Assembly (NCBI GenBank): GCA_004764695.1
Contig: SMSO01000032.1
Coordinates: 8,836,483-8,900,482, forward strand
DNA: 64,000 bases
From: Schizochytrium sp. TIO01
Taxonomy: Eukaryota > Protista > Bigyra: Labyrinthulomycetes
Reading direction: 5' to 3'
A model generated the notes under the pieces. The model ran no database searches and was not told the origin of the DNA. It saw only the letters and a list, made by a program, of their open reading frames with translations. Of the stretch, positions 19,364-30,390 are shown one piece after another. A program made the position numbers and the translations under genes. How positions within the stretch are numbered: position 1 is the stretch's first letter; each line of letters begins with the position of its first letter.

Positions 19364-21481
19364 CTACATGAGCGATTCACCATTTTGACGAGCATCTAAG
19401 CAGATAGGGCACTCTTCAACTGGGTGTGACAGCTGTAAAACATAGTCTACATCTTCCTTTGTCCAATTTCGGAACTTCTTTTCAGAGCCGTCAAACTTTT
19501 GATACATTTGAGATTTGTAATCACGATGGAGTTCAAGGACGCGGCGCATGAGAGCAGCTTTCTCACGAGACCAATGGAGGCGAAGGGCAGTCTCATTTGC
19601 TCTGGCTTGTGGTGTGATCCCCCAATCACTCTCACACTCTTCACATTCGCATACAGAAAGAATGCCGAGTTCAACGTCGGCAAGGGAGAAGAGATCACGA
19701 AAGTGAGACTGAACATGATGAAAGGGTCTTCCTGGGTAGTATTTGATATGAAGCTCAACCATCTTATTCGTCACTTCTTTGCGGATAGGGTCACTCCACT
19801 CCAAAATATTTCCAGGAGACTTTTTCCCTGCGCTGACGAGATATGTTAGGTGTTCTGCTAGTGCTTGCACAAAGCCGTCGTCGATAGCAGGGTGCTGGCA
19901 GAGCATTTCTCGAACCATTACTATGACCTTTTCTGGGTCATTCCCTGCCTCCTTAATTTGATTCCAAAAGCGCAACTGACGACGGTCGCGGCGCTCTTGA
20001 AGAACTCGTTTTGTCTTTTGCTTAACATACTTCGTCTGGCATTCAGGAAAGGCACGACAGGCTCGATCCAAAGCTGTCCAGTCGCGAGTGCGCCGATCAT
20101 TTGAGCGCAAGTTGGTCTCGATAAGCTCATAAAACTTAATGTGGCCATCCAATGTGATCACATTAGCGAATTTAGCCCCTGTGCTATTAGAAAGGCCCTC
20201 TGTTCTATCTTCGGAGCCAGAGGGGCGAGAGCGCTTGGTGCCAAGCCGGTTTGTTTCGGCATTCGATGTAACAAGGTTGGCATCAGTGATCATTGTCTCA
20301 CCCCCTGCCAATTCTTCAGACCCATGAAGACTTCTGTTTTCCCCAGAATTTTCTTCTGCTGCGGAATCAAGACGCCGACGCTTGGGAATACCTTCTCTAC
20401 TCGCAGGTTCAGTGATGACTAAGGAGCTTTCTTTGTGAGAATTGAGAAAAGGAGCCTCAGTATCCCTGGCCGCCTGACCTAAGACGCGTGCAAGAACAAT
20501 GACAGGATTATTACAGTCGGGGAGAAGCACCGGGTTATCCTCGTGTAGATGTGGAACCAGGGTTTTGAAGGCTTCGAGTTCGTTCACTGCACGGGTAATA
20601 TTAATTTGATCAGATACGAGGTCAGGAGTAGGAATCTTGTCTTCTCCACCGTTCAATGACTGATGAGAAGCGAACATGAGTGTTGCATCAAGAGTTGAAA
20701 GTGCTGGTAGTGGCCCAGTTTTGGAGACAAAGTCACGGCAAGCATGGAGAAATGACTTGACATTTTCATCGTACTGATCATTTTCAAGAGTAACACCACC
20801 CAGGGCCTCCAAGGCGAGTGCAATTGCGCGTATTGTCATTGTCTCATGATTGACAGGTTCATCACTGAGTGAAGCAATAGGTCGAATAACGAGAGATCGA
20901 AGCCAGGAGGCTTCAGCAAGGTCTACTAGGGGTGCAGAAGTTGAGTTGTTTCTGTCCAGGGGCATCTCTGCATCAATTTTTTGATACTCTTCATCTGTTA
21001 GCAGAAGCACTTCGCGAACTACGTGGTCATCATTCGCCATAGACATATCTGCATTGTTGTGTAATAGTTGATGAGCAAATAGGTGGCGCATGGTGATTTT
21101 CGTTACGGTGGGATAGATCCATTCTCGGAAGGTTTGGGCGCTTAGTGAATCGTAGTGTACAGCCATCGCATTTGGTAGATTACGACTGCGAAGGCCTGAG
21201 TGAGTGCATGCTTGAATGTTAGCATGCGCTTGTGACATGACTTGCATGAGCACCAGTTCAGTTGCTGTAAGTCCGGAGCTATCAATTAGCCTGGTGACTG
21301 CCTCTATGGAATTTGTATAGCACTCCAATACATGTTGTGTGAGCTGTGCCCAATCTTGCAAATGAGAACCACGTAGATTTGTGAACGGTGTGAGCGCGTT
21401 TTGGACCAGTGCTGACGGAGGGTGTTCTGCCTCATTCTCGTTCTCATTCTCACTGCTCTCCAGTTCTTCACGCTCGTTCAT
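19364..21481 (-). CDS. Hypothetical protein (~705 aa) ending in a partial RING-like motif
   Basis: Long uninterrupted ORF with ATG at 21481. Contains NLS-like PKRRRL and CECEEC, and ends ECPICLDARQNGESLM*. No family recognised. Confidence 0.7.
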   Translation of the reverse strand: MNEREELESSENENENEAEHPPSALVQNALTPFTNLRGSHLQDWAQLTQHVLECYTNSIEAVTRLIDSSGLTATELVLMQVMSQAHANIQACTHSGLRSRNLPNAMAVHYDSLSAQTFREWIYPTVTKITMRHLFAHQLLHNNADMSMANDDHVVREVLLLTDEEYQKIDAEMPLDRNNSTSAPLVDLAEASWLRSLVIRPIASLSDEPVNHETMTIRAIALALEALGGVTLENDQYDENVKSFLHACRDFVSKTGPLPALSTLDATLMFASHQSLNGGEDKIPTPDLVSDQINITRAVNELEAFKTLVPHLHEDNPVLLPDCNNPVIVLARVLGQAARDTEAPFLNSHKESSLVITEPASREGIPKRRRLDSAAEENSGENRSLHGSEELAGGETMITDANLVTSNAETNRLGTKRSRPSGSEDRTEGLSNSTGAKFANVITLDGHIKFYELIETNLRSNDRRTRDWTALDRACRAFPECQTKYVKQKTKRVLQERRDRRQLRFWNQIKEAGNDPEKVIVMVREMLCQHPAIDDGFVQALAEHLTYLVSAGKKSPGNILEWSDPIRKEVTNKMVELHIKYYPGRPFHHVQSHFRDLFSLADVELGILSVCECEECESDWGITPQARANETALRLHWSREKAALMRRVLELHRDYKSQMYQKFDGSEKKFRNWTKEDVDYVLQLSHPVEECPICLDARQNGESLM

Positions 21482-21881
21482 ATTCACCTCAAAGTTGTAG
21501 TTCGCCAAAGCAGCAGAGGGGATCTAACCTGCAAACGTTGGAATCGTGAATGCCTCCCTAGCCACTCACTTTCCCAGATGTCAACAGTTTTTCTATTGAG
21601 TGCCAACCAACGTCAGGTTTTCTTTGGAGGTCCCCAACCTGGAGCTTGCGCACAGCCCCAAAGCTAGCGTCGCTGGCGCAAGAATGGTCTCTGACAACTA
21701 TTAATATCATTTTAATTTTTTTTAATTTTTAATTTTTTGCATCTGTGTGTCACTTGAGGGGTCCTAGATTACACTTGCAATTGCAATCATTGATCAACAC
21801 AAAGTCGCGGACACAGAACATTTAAGGCTGCGTTTGGCGCGAGCACATTTTGGTTTGTGTGTCTCCAAAAGACTCTTCAAG

Positions 21882-23339
21882 ATGCGTCGGGCAGGTGTGG
21901 GAACTTATCGTATGGTGCTCAACAATCCGCAGCACGTGAGCTGCCTGCGGCGTGCGCTGTTTGGCCCTGAAGCTGGGTTTTCCGTGGTTGACACAAGCCC
22001 GAACTACGGCGATGGCCTTTCTGAAGAGCTTGTTGGCGGCGTATTAAAAATGGCTGATTCTGAAGGACTTGAAGGCCGCGATCGTCTGGAGATCATTAGC
22101 AAATTTGGATTTATTCAAGGTCGTGATCTTGAGCAGCACAACAAAACTCCTTTCGAGGGCGCTGTCAAGTACACCGACGATTGCTGGCACTCGGTGGACA
22201 GTTCTTTCATGAAGCACCAGCTCTCAGGATCCCTTGATCGCCTTGGTGTGAGCAAAATTGATACATATCTAGTGCACAACCCGGAACATTTCCTCATGAG
22301 CCAGATCCCTCCGGAGACCAGTCCTGAGATCGGAGGACCTCTGATCGAGGCGCTCCAGGAGCAGCTCAAGGACAACCTCACGAAGACCTTTGAGGCCCTG
22401 GAGATTGAAATCGATGCAGGCCGCATTGGGGGGTACGGTGTAAGTAGCAACTCCTTTGCATTGCCTCCGGACCACCCTCACTTTGTGCCTTTCCAAAGTC
22501 TCGTGGACATGGCTAGCGAAGCTGCTCGGCGAGTTCGAGGATCTTCAAGTTCTCATGGTTTCACTACGCTTGAGTTTCCGGCAAACATCATTGAGCGCAC
22601 TGCTATCACTCCGATTGAGGCAGGCGGAAATGGCTGTGCTCAGTGGGCTCATGAGAATGGCTTGCGTACGGTTGTCAACAGAGCTCTCACGGCCTTTGAT
22701 GATGTGGGCAGTTGGCGTCTTGCAGAGGCACCATTTCCAGTAGACTATGCGGATAAACGTGATGCTTTGCTTGAACACCTCAGCCCTCCGCCTTTGGAGG
22801 CAGAGGAAGAACGCTCTCTCACCGCTGATGAGAAGCAGGAATGGGCAGATACGCTGGAGGCGTGCCATTGGATGCGCCAGCTGATCAATGACCTCGATGC
22901 GCAAATGAGTGCCTTTTCCAGTGTCATGCACTATCAAGATGACCTCATGCGCAAGGTGGTGCCTATGATCAATGCCAAGCTTGATGGTATGGACGAGGAT
23001 ACATCTAACCAGCTGTTTGAGTTTTTTGCAGCTTACGAGCAGGCTGTTCGCTCTGTGACCGGTCAGCAGACGCGTACCCATATCTTTGAGAACATCTCAC
23101 AGGATAAGGCTCTTGCTGCAGCTCGCAACTCATGCGACCCGGCACTCTTTGTCCCCCCTGAACTTCCTGTTGGTCTCTCTCCAGCAGCTCAGGTGCCTTT
23201 GCAAGAGTATGCTTTGGGTTGGCTTGCTCAGCAGCCGTGCGTTTCTACTATTTTGGTCGGCACTGTTCGCGAGTCCTACGTGGACGAGGTTGCGCAGATT
23301 ATTGCTAAATATAGCTCTAACCCTGCTACCTCTGCTTAA
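21882..23339 (+). CDS. Aldo/keto reductase family oxidoreductase
   Basis: GVGTYR, DTSPNYGDGLSEELVG (catalytic D and Y), ISKFG (K), SLDRLG..IDTYLVHNPE (H), GRIGGYGVSSN, TILVG. First ATG at 21882. Confidence 0.88.
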   Translation: MRRAGVGTYRMVLNNPQHVSCLRRALFGPEAGFSVVDTSPNYGDGLSEELVGGVLKMADSEGLEGRDRLEIISKFGFIQGRDLEQHNKTPFEGAVKYTDDCWHSVDSSFMKHQLSGSLDRLGVSKIDTYLVHNPEHFLMSQIPPETSPEIGGPLIEALQEQLKDNLTKTFEALEIEIDAGRIGGYGVSSNSFALPPDHPHFVPFQSLVDMASEAARRVRGSSSSHGFTTLEFPANIIERTAITPIEAGGNGCAQWAHENGLRTVVNRALTAFDDVGSWRLAEAPFPVDYADKRDALLEHLSPPPLEAEEERSLTADEKQEWADTLEACHWMRQLINDLDAQMSAFSSVMHYQDDLMRKVVPMINAKLDGMDEDTSNQLFEFFAAYEQAVRSVTGQQTRTHIFENISQDKALAAARNSCDPALFVPPELPVGLSPAAQVPLQEYALGWLAQQPCVSTILVGTVRESYVDEVAQIIAKYSSNPATSA

Positions 23340-23916
23340 AGTGCAGCGTTGTTGAGTGTGTTTACTTGTTTGTGCGTAGTAGCCTAAATTTTATCGTTGC
23401 AATGGACCTCCATGTTGCTTCTTTTGATATATTAATCATTTTATAAATCAAGAACCAACTTGTTTTTTACGCTTGTAAAACCAATGAAAAGATGTACAAA
23501 TGCTATTTTTCAGGGCATACACATTAAAGTCTTGTTGAGTACCAAACTTCACATTTAACAACCTTTTTTTCTATCTTTTTTTTTGGGGGGGGGGGGGGTC
23601 TTGTGAGAATAAAACAGCGCCTTCGTTTGTTTTTTTAATAAGAAAAGAGTACCTCGTAGCGCCAGAGCACTTAACGCAGGAGAGAGTATGTATGAGATTG
23701 ACGTGAGAAAGTAAATTTAATATGGATTTGATTCGAAAGGAAAAATTGTACGAAAGATTAAGTTCGATGGGGTGTATGAGGTGCTACAATTTAATTGGTA
23801 CAGACTACAATGACAATAGGGGTGGACCTCGCTTTGCCTCTTTCGTTTAATAAACGTAGACAGGGAAGAAAGCAAGGAAAGCCACGCATCGGGGGTAACG
23901 ACACAAAAAAAACTAT

Positions 23917-25320
23917 CTACCATGACGAAGTCGCGAGAAGATGCGCTGTTGCAAAATCTTGGAATGACATGAGACCAGATTGATCAGTAGCAACATCCTT
24001 CCATTTCAACGGCTTAGTGATATCGAGGTTGGCCGCAGCAACCGGCGCGATCGCCTCAAATTGAGCCTGGTCGAGACGAGAGCGAGTCTTGGACATATTT
24101 GGCGCCTTGGCAAAGCATAGCAAGAGACTACGAACACGCTCAAAAAGGCGTGGGCTCTCTTTGGCTTCCTTTGGCAGTGCGCTGCGCAAAGATGCATAAG
24201 TGAAGGGCAAGACAGCTGCTGGTTTAAGTTTGTTCTTAGCAGCGACCTGAGCAAGAAACATATCTTCGTACGAGTGATCGGAGGTGTTGACGCCGAGGGA
24301 ATGTGCCATCAGCTGGCGAACATTCTCGCAGTAAACCGTAGAGTTCGAGCGCTCCTGCTCATTCGGGTAGTACACGGGCAAAAATTCCACTGTGACTGTG
24401 TGAAATCCTTGTGCGAGTGTGCGAAGAACAATCAGCGTACGTGACGGTGCGCCAGCACACCACGTCGGGTCAAAGTTGGTGTAGGACCAGTGCAGAACTA
24501 CAGGTTGAACCGGTGCGCATGGCTCAAAGGCGCCCTTACGAAACGAAATAAGGCTGGTGCGGTTTGTGCATGTACCCTCGGGGAAAATGAGAAGTTGGCG
24601 ATGCCATGGCGAAGTTGCTGACACGCGTGTGCGAATCTCCTCGGCTACACGGTGACGGGCCATTTTGTCTGTACGATCGACGAAAATAGTTTGAAGCGCA
24701 CTCATGAAAGGTCCGACGATGGTTTTGGTCATTTCGATTTTGCCAACTGGAGAGGGACCGCGGCATGCGTACGCGAGGATGACAGCATCCATGACGGTAG
24801 AGTGCGGTGCTACAACAATCATTTTACAGTCTTGGGAGGAAGACAACTTGCCCTTGACCTTGATGTGGTAAACACCCATGCAAGCACATATGAGATACCC
24901 GCAAACTGCCGAGATTTGTTGTTGTGCAAATCCTCTCCATGGCGAAAGAGGTTTATGAATATCTGCGCCAGCCACGGTAGCCATCATGGCGATAGTGCCG
25001 AGTAGAATAACAATGAGGATAAGAAGGAATCTAAGCGGTGCTACGATGACAACACCGAGGATGAGTTTGATCCATTCGCGCGCATTAATACTTTCGAGTG
25101 TCTGGAAGGGGTTGAGCTTCTTTTCGCTCTCCTCGCGAGCAAGTGCAGTTGTGCTGGCAGCGAAAGATTGTGAAAGGAGTCCGTACCAGGATCGGTCGCT
25201 GCTGCTATTGCTGCTACTACTGCTTCCGCTGTCTTTGCTGGTTTCCGCTCCAGTTTCTGAGGACGTGGACTGCACGAGTTTGCTGCTCATGAGCTCCACC
25301 ACGGCTTGCGGGGCCCACAT
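23917..25320 (-). CDS. Lysophospholipid acyltransferase (LPCAT/LPEAT-type, PlsC family)
   Basis: Block I PHSTVMD (HxxxxD), FVDR, block III IFPEGTCTN, GAF.PCAPVQPV, an N-terminal TM helix, and a degenerate EF-hand-like loop (TDQSGLMSFQDF) at the C-terminus. Confidence 0.9.
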   Translation of the reverse strand: MWAPQAVVELMSSKLVQSTSSETGAETSKDSGSSSSSNSSSDRSWYGLLSQSFAASTTALAREESEKKLNPFQTLESINAREWIKLILGVVIVAPLRFLLILIVILLGTIAMMATVAGADIHKPLSPWRGFAQQQISAVCGYLICACMGVYHIKVKGKLSSSQDCKMIVVAPHSTVMDAVILAYACRGPSPVGKIEMTKTIVGPFMSALQTIFVDRTDKMARHRVAEEIRTRVSATSPWHRQLLIFPEGTCTNRTSLISFRKGAFEPCAPVQPVVLHWSYTNFDPTWCAGAPSRTLIVLRTLAQGFHTVTVEFLPVYYPNEQERSNSTVYCENVRQLMAHSLGVNTSDHSYEDMFLAQVAAKNKLKPAAVLPFTYASLRSALPKEAKESPRLFERVRSLLLCFAKAPNMSKTRSRLDQAQFEAIAPVAAANLDITKPLKWKDVATDQSGLMSFQDFATAHLLATSSW

Positions 25321-25793
25321 TCTTGCTAGTTATAATCGCTCTTTTGCAACAGTATCTTCTTCAGCGAGCTCTTTCCGGCTTTGGCTGTCTTCTTTGTTTT
25401 GACCTCCGTTTGCTCACGGAATCTATGTAGTTTGATGTTGTATTGTGCGAATTCCTGACCTTGAAGTCCTCCGCCCACGGCCCCAGCGATCCTCTCGCGG
25501 GCACCTGGCGCAAGGTGATCGGGGTTTGTTTGTATGTGTGTTCGTGCAGGCCAGTGCCCCTCGTCCGTTCGTTTGTCGATATGTATGTATGTATGTATAT
25601 GTGGATCTGGTTGAACGTGAACCAGAATTGATCGACGACGATCGATCGAGACGACGATTTCTGGCTTCTCTATAAAAACTTTAAGTTAAAAACATTTTTA
25701 AAACATTTTTAAAAATACAATAAATTAAAACATTCTTAAAATTAAAACCTAGGTAGCAGTAGCTCAGAGTCAAGCAGGACATGAGCAGAATTA

Positions 25794-25839
25794 TCAGTCA
25801 GTCAGTCAGTCAGTCAGTCAGTCAGTCAGTCAGTCAGTC
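25794..25839. repeat. (CAGT)n microsatellite
   Basis: About 11 perfect tetranucleotide units. Confidence 0.95.
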
Positions 25840-26370
25840 CTCTTTCATGAAAAGTGGTCATAGCTAAGGCACTCTATGCGTTAGTTCTCCTCCTTCGTCG
25901 CTCAATGTTGTGATGACGAGTTCTCCCACTTTCCTTCAGCGACTCTTTTGCCTCTTCTACTCTCGCCTACCATTGCTCTAATTTGCTCTCCCATTGCAAA
26001 GGTTTCCTACGTAATGCTCCGCCTCCTCCTTCCATCATTGAAAAGCTCCTCTTGAAGAACACCGTAAGTCAGCAAGTCAAAGTAAAATAATAATAAATAT
26101 AGCAAACCAACTGCTACTGCTGTCTAGCGGGCGCCTACCTGCCCTGAAATGCAAAACTTGAAAGAAGAAAGGTTTACAAAAACCCGTCATTTCTTTCACT
26201 GTTGGTACTGGTAAATAAATGTCTACTACGTACTCACTCATCCATTAAATGTCATTCAAGCGGAGTCCGCATTCTTTTCAATTCTCGCTTCGTTGCTGTT
26301 GCCTCCGCCGTTGTCTCTACAGAAAGCGCTCCAAAACTCGAGAGTCTTGAAAGGAGTGCCGCCATGGCTT

Positions 26371-26409
26371 CATGACATGACATGACATGACATGACATGA
26401 CATGACATG
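26371..26409. repeat. (CATGA)n microsatellite
   Basis: About 8 pentanucleotide units. Confidence 0.95.
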
Positions 26410-27157
26410 GCTATCCAGCTAGCTATCTATTAGGTACAGAGCCGCCAGCATTGAGTTCCTCGCTTATTTGACGACGCAGGCGACGACGAAAGAAGCTGAC
26501 GACGCCTTTGAAATTTATTTATTTATTTATTTTATTATTATTTAAAGAATAAAAAATATTTTAATTTTACAATAAATAAAATTCCTGTGCCTCTTTCTCT
26601 CTGCCCTTCGATTCCTGGTAAAGGCAGGAGAAGTCAAGAATGAAATAAGATGGAGAAATCAGGAAATGAGCTACAGAAAGAAAGTCCTTTCACTGCGATT
26701 GGAAACCCTCCAACTCGAACTCCAACTCGCTGATGCACCTGCGAATTAACAGAGACCAACCAACCAATCGATCAATTGATCGCTTCGATCAGTCAATCAA
26801 TCGATTAACGCTGTTTTAAAGTGAGTGTGAATGAATGTCTACTGCTACGAAATCCAAAAGTCCAAGGACTCCAGTGCATTCATTCGCTTGAAACGAAACG
26901 AAAGAACGCAGCTTCGGAAGGGGAGGGACGTCCAAGTCTCCGGCTCTGGCCTCGAGGTCCACAGGGTCATCCGGTTCTTGAAACTCCAACGAGCCAAACG
27001 ACCCTACAGCGGTTCGAGGCGAGCAGTTGCTTCAACCATTGCTCACCCTCTCTCGAAATACTGAAACGACGCCATGGCCTTTGTCTTCTCATACAGTGTG
27101 CTTCGCGTTCATTTCTTTTCTCTTCTTTAATCCACTCGCTCGTGCATAGTAGGTACC

Positions 27158-27211
27158 TAGGTTAGGTTAGGTTAGGTTAGGTTAGGTTAGGTTTGGGTTA
27201 GGTTAGGTTAG
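27158..27211 (+). repeat. Interstitial (TTAGG)n telomere-like repeat
   Basis: Six perfect TTAGG units, one TTTGGG variant, then two more TTAGG and a TTAG. Confidence 0.85.
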
Positions 27212-28502
27212 TGTTTGTACAATGAATGATACGTTCATGAGACGTAGTCGCAGGAGGAAGAAAGAAGGGAAGAAAGAAAGAACGCACCGCAGGAACGGAA
27301 CGCCGCCAGAATGGAACAGCGCGAGCCGAGGCAGAATGAAGTTGAACTCGCTTGGATTTGATGCTTTGAGCTCACGAATTGGCTCGCTGGCTGGTCATGG
27401 GTCGTGAAACTGTGCGCGACGCGAGGTATGGACGAGCGTGAATTCGAAGCCAAGGCTTCGCTTTGGAGGACTCAGAGCCTCTCTGAGATGTCTACACGAA
27501 AGGAACAGCCATGTGGCACTCGTGTGAGTAGGCGCTTCGTCGTCTTTGACTCTGCTGGAAATGAACGGATACATAGAATGATAACAGGTACAGAGCATGC
27601 CAAAGCTGCGTCTTTGCTTGGCGACTTCTGGATGGCGGCGCTCTTGAAGTCAAGGTCGATCGCGGTGGTGCACCTGCTGCGAGCGCATCGTTGGTCTCTT
27701 CGCTGACCTCGACGCGAGCGAGTACCTACGGAGAAAACCCAAAGCGAGCAAACCAAGGCATCCATCATCCGTCATCTATCTGTCCGTCTATCTCCACGGG
27801 GCGACGAAGTTCTTGCCTGCTTGGATACCAGGAGCGAACAGCGGAAGGTAGTCAGGTAACGATAACGGTCAACCATCCTGAAGGCAAACCAATCCAACAC
27901 TCACTCACGCGCTCCATCAATCGACTCGACTCCGGACTCGGGTCCAAGAACCAAGAACTCGCAAACCGCCTATGTGATTGAAGGAGGGAGGGGATTCTTG
28001 CGTCGCATTAAGACATCGCAGGTGACCTTTTTTAAACTAAAAGAAAAGAAAAAGCTTTTGTCTAATTAACTTCAATTACTTTTTAACGATAAACAACTAT
28101 TTTTTATTATTGAAAAATATATATATATATATAAATATCATATGATATAGGCCTGAACGAATATTTTAATTTAAAAAACAAACAAACAAAAAACAAACGT
28201 TTTTTTATGATTACGAAAGATTATGATGATGCCAGTGGAAATGAAAATACGAATGATCACGGTATTCTGGTTTGGGTTTCTTCCTTTCGGTTCTTTCTGC
28301 TTTCTTTCTGCTTTCTTCACGTTTTCTTCCGTTTGTTCTAGTTTGATGAACCACTTAGGCACGTAGGCACCTGATCTACTCAGTGACGTAGCTGCTGCTG
28401 GCGATGGCGAAGGTTTCTTGAATCTATTCATTTTTTTTGCTCCAGAAGAAGAGCCTCGAGATCTCTGGACTTGCTTGAACTCGACTTCACTCACTCCTGC
28501 CG

Positions 28503-28538
<36 letters not shown>
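28503..28538. repeat. (ATCA)n microsatellite
   Basis: About 9 units. Confidence 0.9.
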
Positions 28539-28539
<1 letters not shown>

Positions 28540-29303
28540 GTATCCACGGCAGACATGATAATTTTGCTGTGGCCATTGGGTCCGACCGAAGGTTGGCGAC
28601 GAGATCTTGGCCTTTAGGAATTTGTGTTCTCCCTTCTGTGGATACTAGCTAGCTAGATAGATAGTAAAGAACAGGGCTCCAATGGTGCAGCGCAGAAGGA
28701 TCTAACGAGGTTCGAGTACCTCTTCTCGAGACTTAAAGCGGTCTCACTCCACGATCTTTGCAGCTGACGACCCGCTTCGAAGGCATGATCGTTTCTTTTC
28801 ACGGCGAGTCATCTCATTTCATTCTTCTATTTCAAAGTTGTTTTCTTGGAAGCCGAGGACGCTTGGCGAGAGTAGAACGGGGACAGAGGCCCAGAATCCC
28901 TAAACCTCAGGTAGATAATACTACGTGCCCTGGGTATGACGCGCGCGGTGGATCGAAAAAGTGAAAGAGAACGAGAGAAGGAACAGCGAAAGACTTGGAT
29001 CCAAGAAAAGGGGGCTCCATTTTGATGACCTGCGGCGGTGGATCTTGGGCACTCGAGATCCCCGTCAACCAGAAGAACTCGACTGGAGGTTGATTGCAAA
29101 TCGAGGGGGACTGCGGCTTGCACGTTGCGAGGGACGGACTCGCCCGAAGACGCGGCGTGGCGTTGACTGGGTACCACGAAGCGTGGATCTTTCAACGCAA
29201 AATTCAAGTTCCTGAGAGAGAGACTACAGACGTTGGAGGCTGCTGCCGTCAACGGTTTGCTCGGCGAACTCGATGATCGCGGGCATTCATCCATCCATCC
29301 ACT

Positions 29304-29346
29304 CATTCATTCATTCATTCATTCATTCATTCATTCATTCATTCAT
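29304..29346. repeat. (TTCA)n microsatellite
   Basis: About 10 units, preceded by (TCCA)n. Confidence 0.9.
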
Positions 29347-29699
29347 TGATTAATTACGAGGCACTCCGGATCCCTGGTGATTCAGCCTCCGAACGCGCCG
29401 GTGTACGAAGAAGCGGCGGCTCTCGAGTTCCCGCCAGATCTCGCAGACGTACCGCGAGGAATGATCGATGCAGAGGTTTCCCATGAGTTTGCCGACGCCG
29501 AAGTACATCGCACGATTGCAGTGCCTGAGTACGTGGCGCATGGGCGAGCTTTCATACACTTACTTGAAGAACGATGGCAAGGGTCATGAACGTGTTGAAC
29601 CCGCTGAGAACCCGCTGCGCCGCAGGGTCATGGGTGCCAGAGGCGAGCGAGCTCGGTTGTGACCATCGCAGTTCTGTGACGCCGCTGTATAAGGTTCAA

Positions 29700-30030
29700 T
29701 TCACGGCGTATCCTTGCGATGCACGCAGAAGAGACCCGGCCTGGAGCGCATGGCTTCGTCGCCAATGGCTCGTGAGGGCACTCCACTCGATGAAGTCTGT
29801 AACTCCGAGTTCCAGGGAGCGCGAATGTTGTTATAATACCCACCGTTGCCAGGCACCTCCTCTGGCAGCCTCGAGACGGTGAACGACTGCCAAGCTACAT
29901 ACAGCCACGCGCCTTGAAGAAGTTGAAGACCATGGCATGCATGAATCGTCATCACTCGCAAGATCTGAAGTTATCTAAGTGAGCCGAGACGGACAGCGTA
30001 TCCTGCGGTGAAAGCAAAGTCGGGTTGCCA
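29700..30030 (-). pseudogene. Possible decayed GT15 (Kre2/Mnt1-like mannosyltransferase) gene fragment
   Basis: Across several minus-strand frames, in the expected order: FTAGY (~30012-29998), LR(x)DDDS with a frameshift (~29961-29942), HAMVFNFFK, GYYNNI (~29841), GVTDFIEW, and IGDEAMRS...LF (~29766). Spacing is compressed, so the call is tentative. Confidence 0.3.
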
Positions 30031-30314
30031 CGAATCAAAACATGGGCGACGATGCGACTCCACAGAAGTAAGTACTCCTCGCTCCGGCGGGCCTTTCCAG
30101 AGCACGACCAGGGCCTACTTTCCTCACCATGCGTGCTCGTGCACACCAGCACCAAAAAGGGCCATGCTAAACCCAGTGGCTTCCCATCGACCGCGTCGCG
30201 TGGTAGCATCATCAACGCATCATCGATGCTGCTTGGCCCCCTCTCGACGGCCACTACTAATGTCGCAATCGTCGTCGCCGTTGGGCGCTAGCTTTGTACC
30301 TCCTGACTGGTTCG

Positions 30315-30316
<2 letters not shown>

Positions 30317-30384
<68 letters not shown>

Positions 30385-30390
30385 GCGACG
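30317..30390. repeat. (GAC)n / (GACGACAGC)n compound repeat
   Basis: A GAC run followed by 9-bp GACGACAGC units. Confidence 0.9.
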
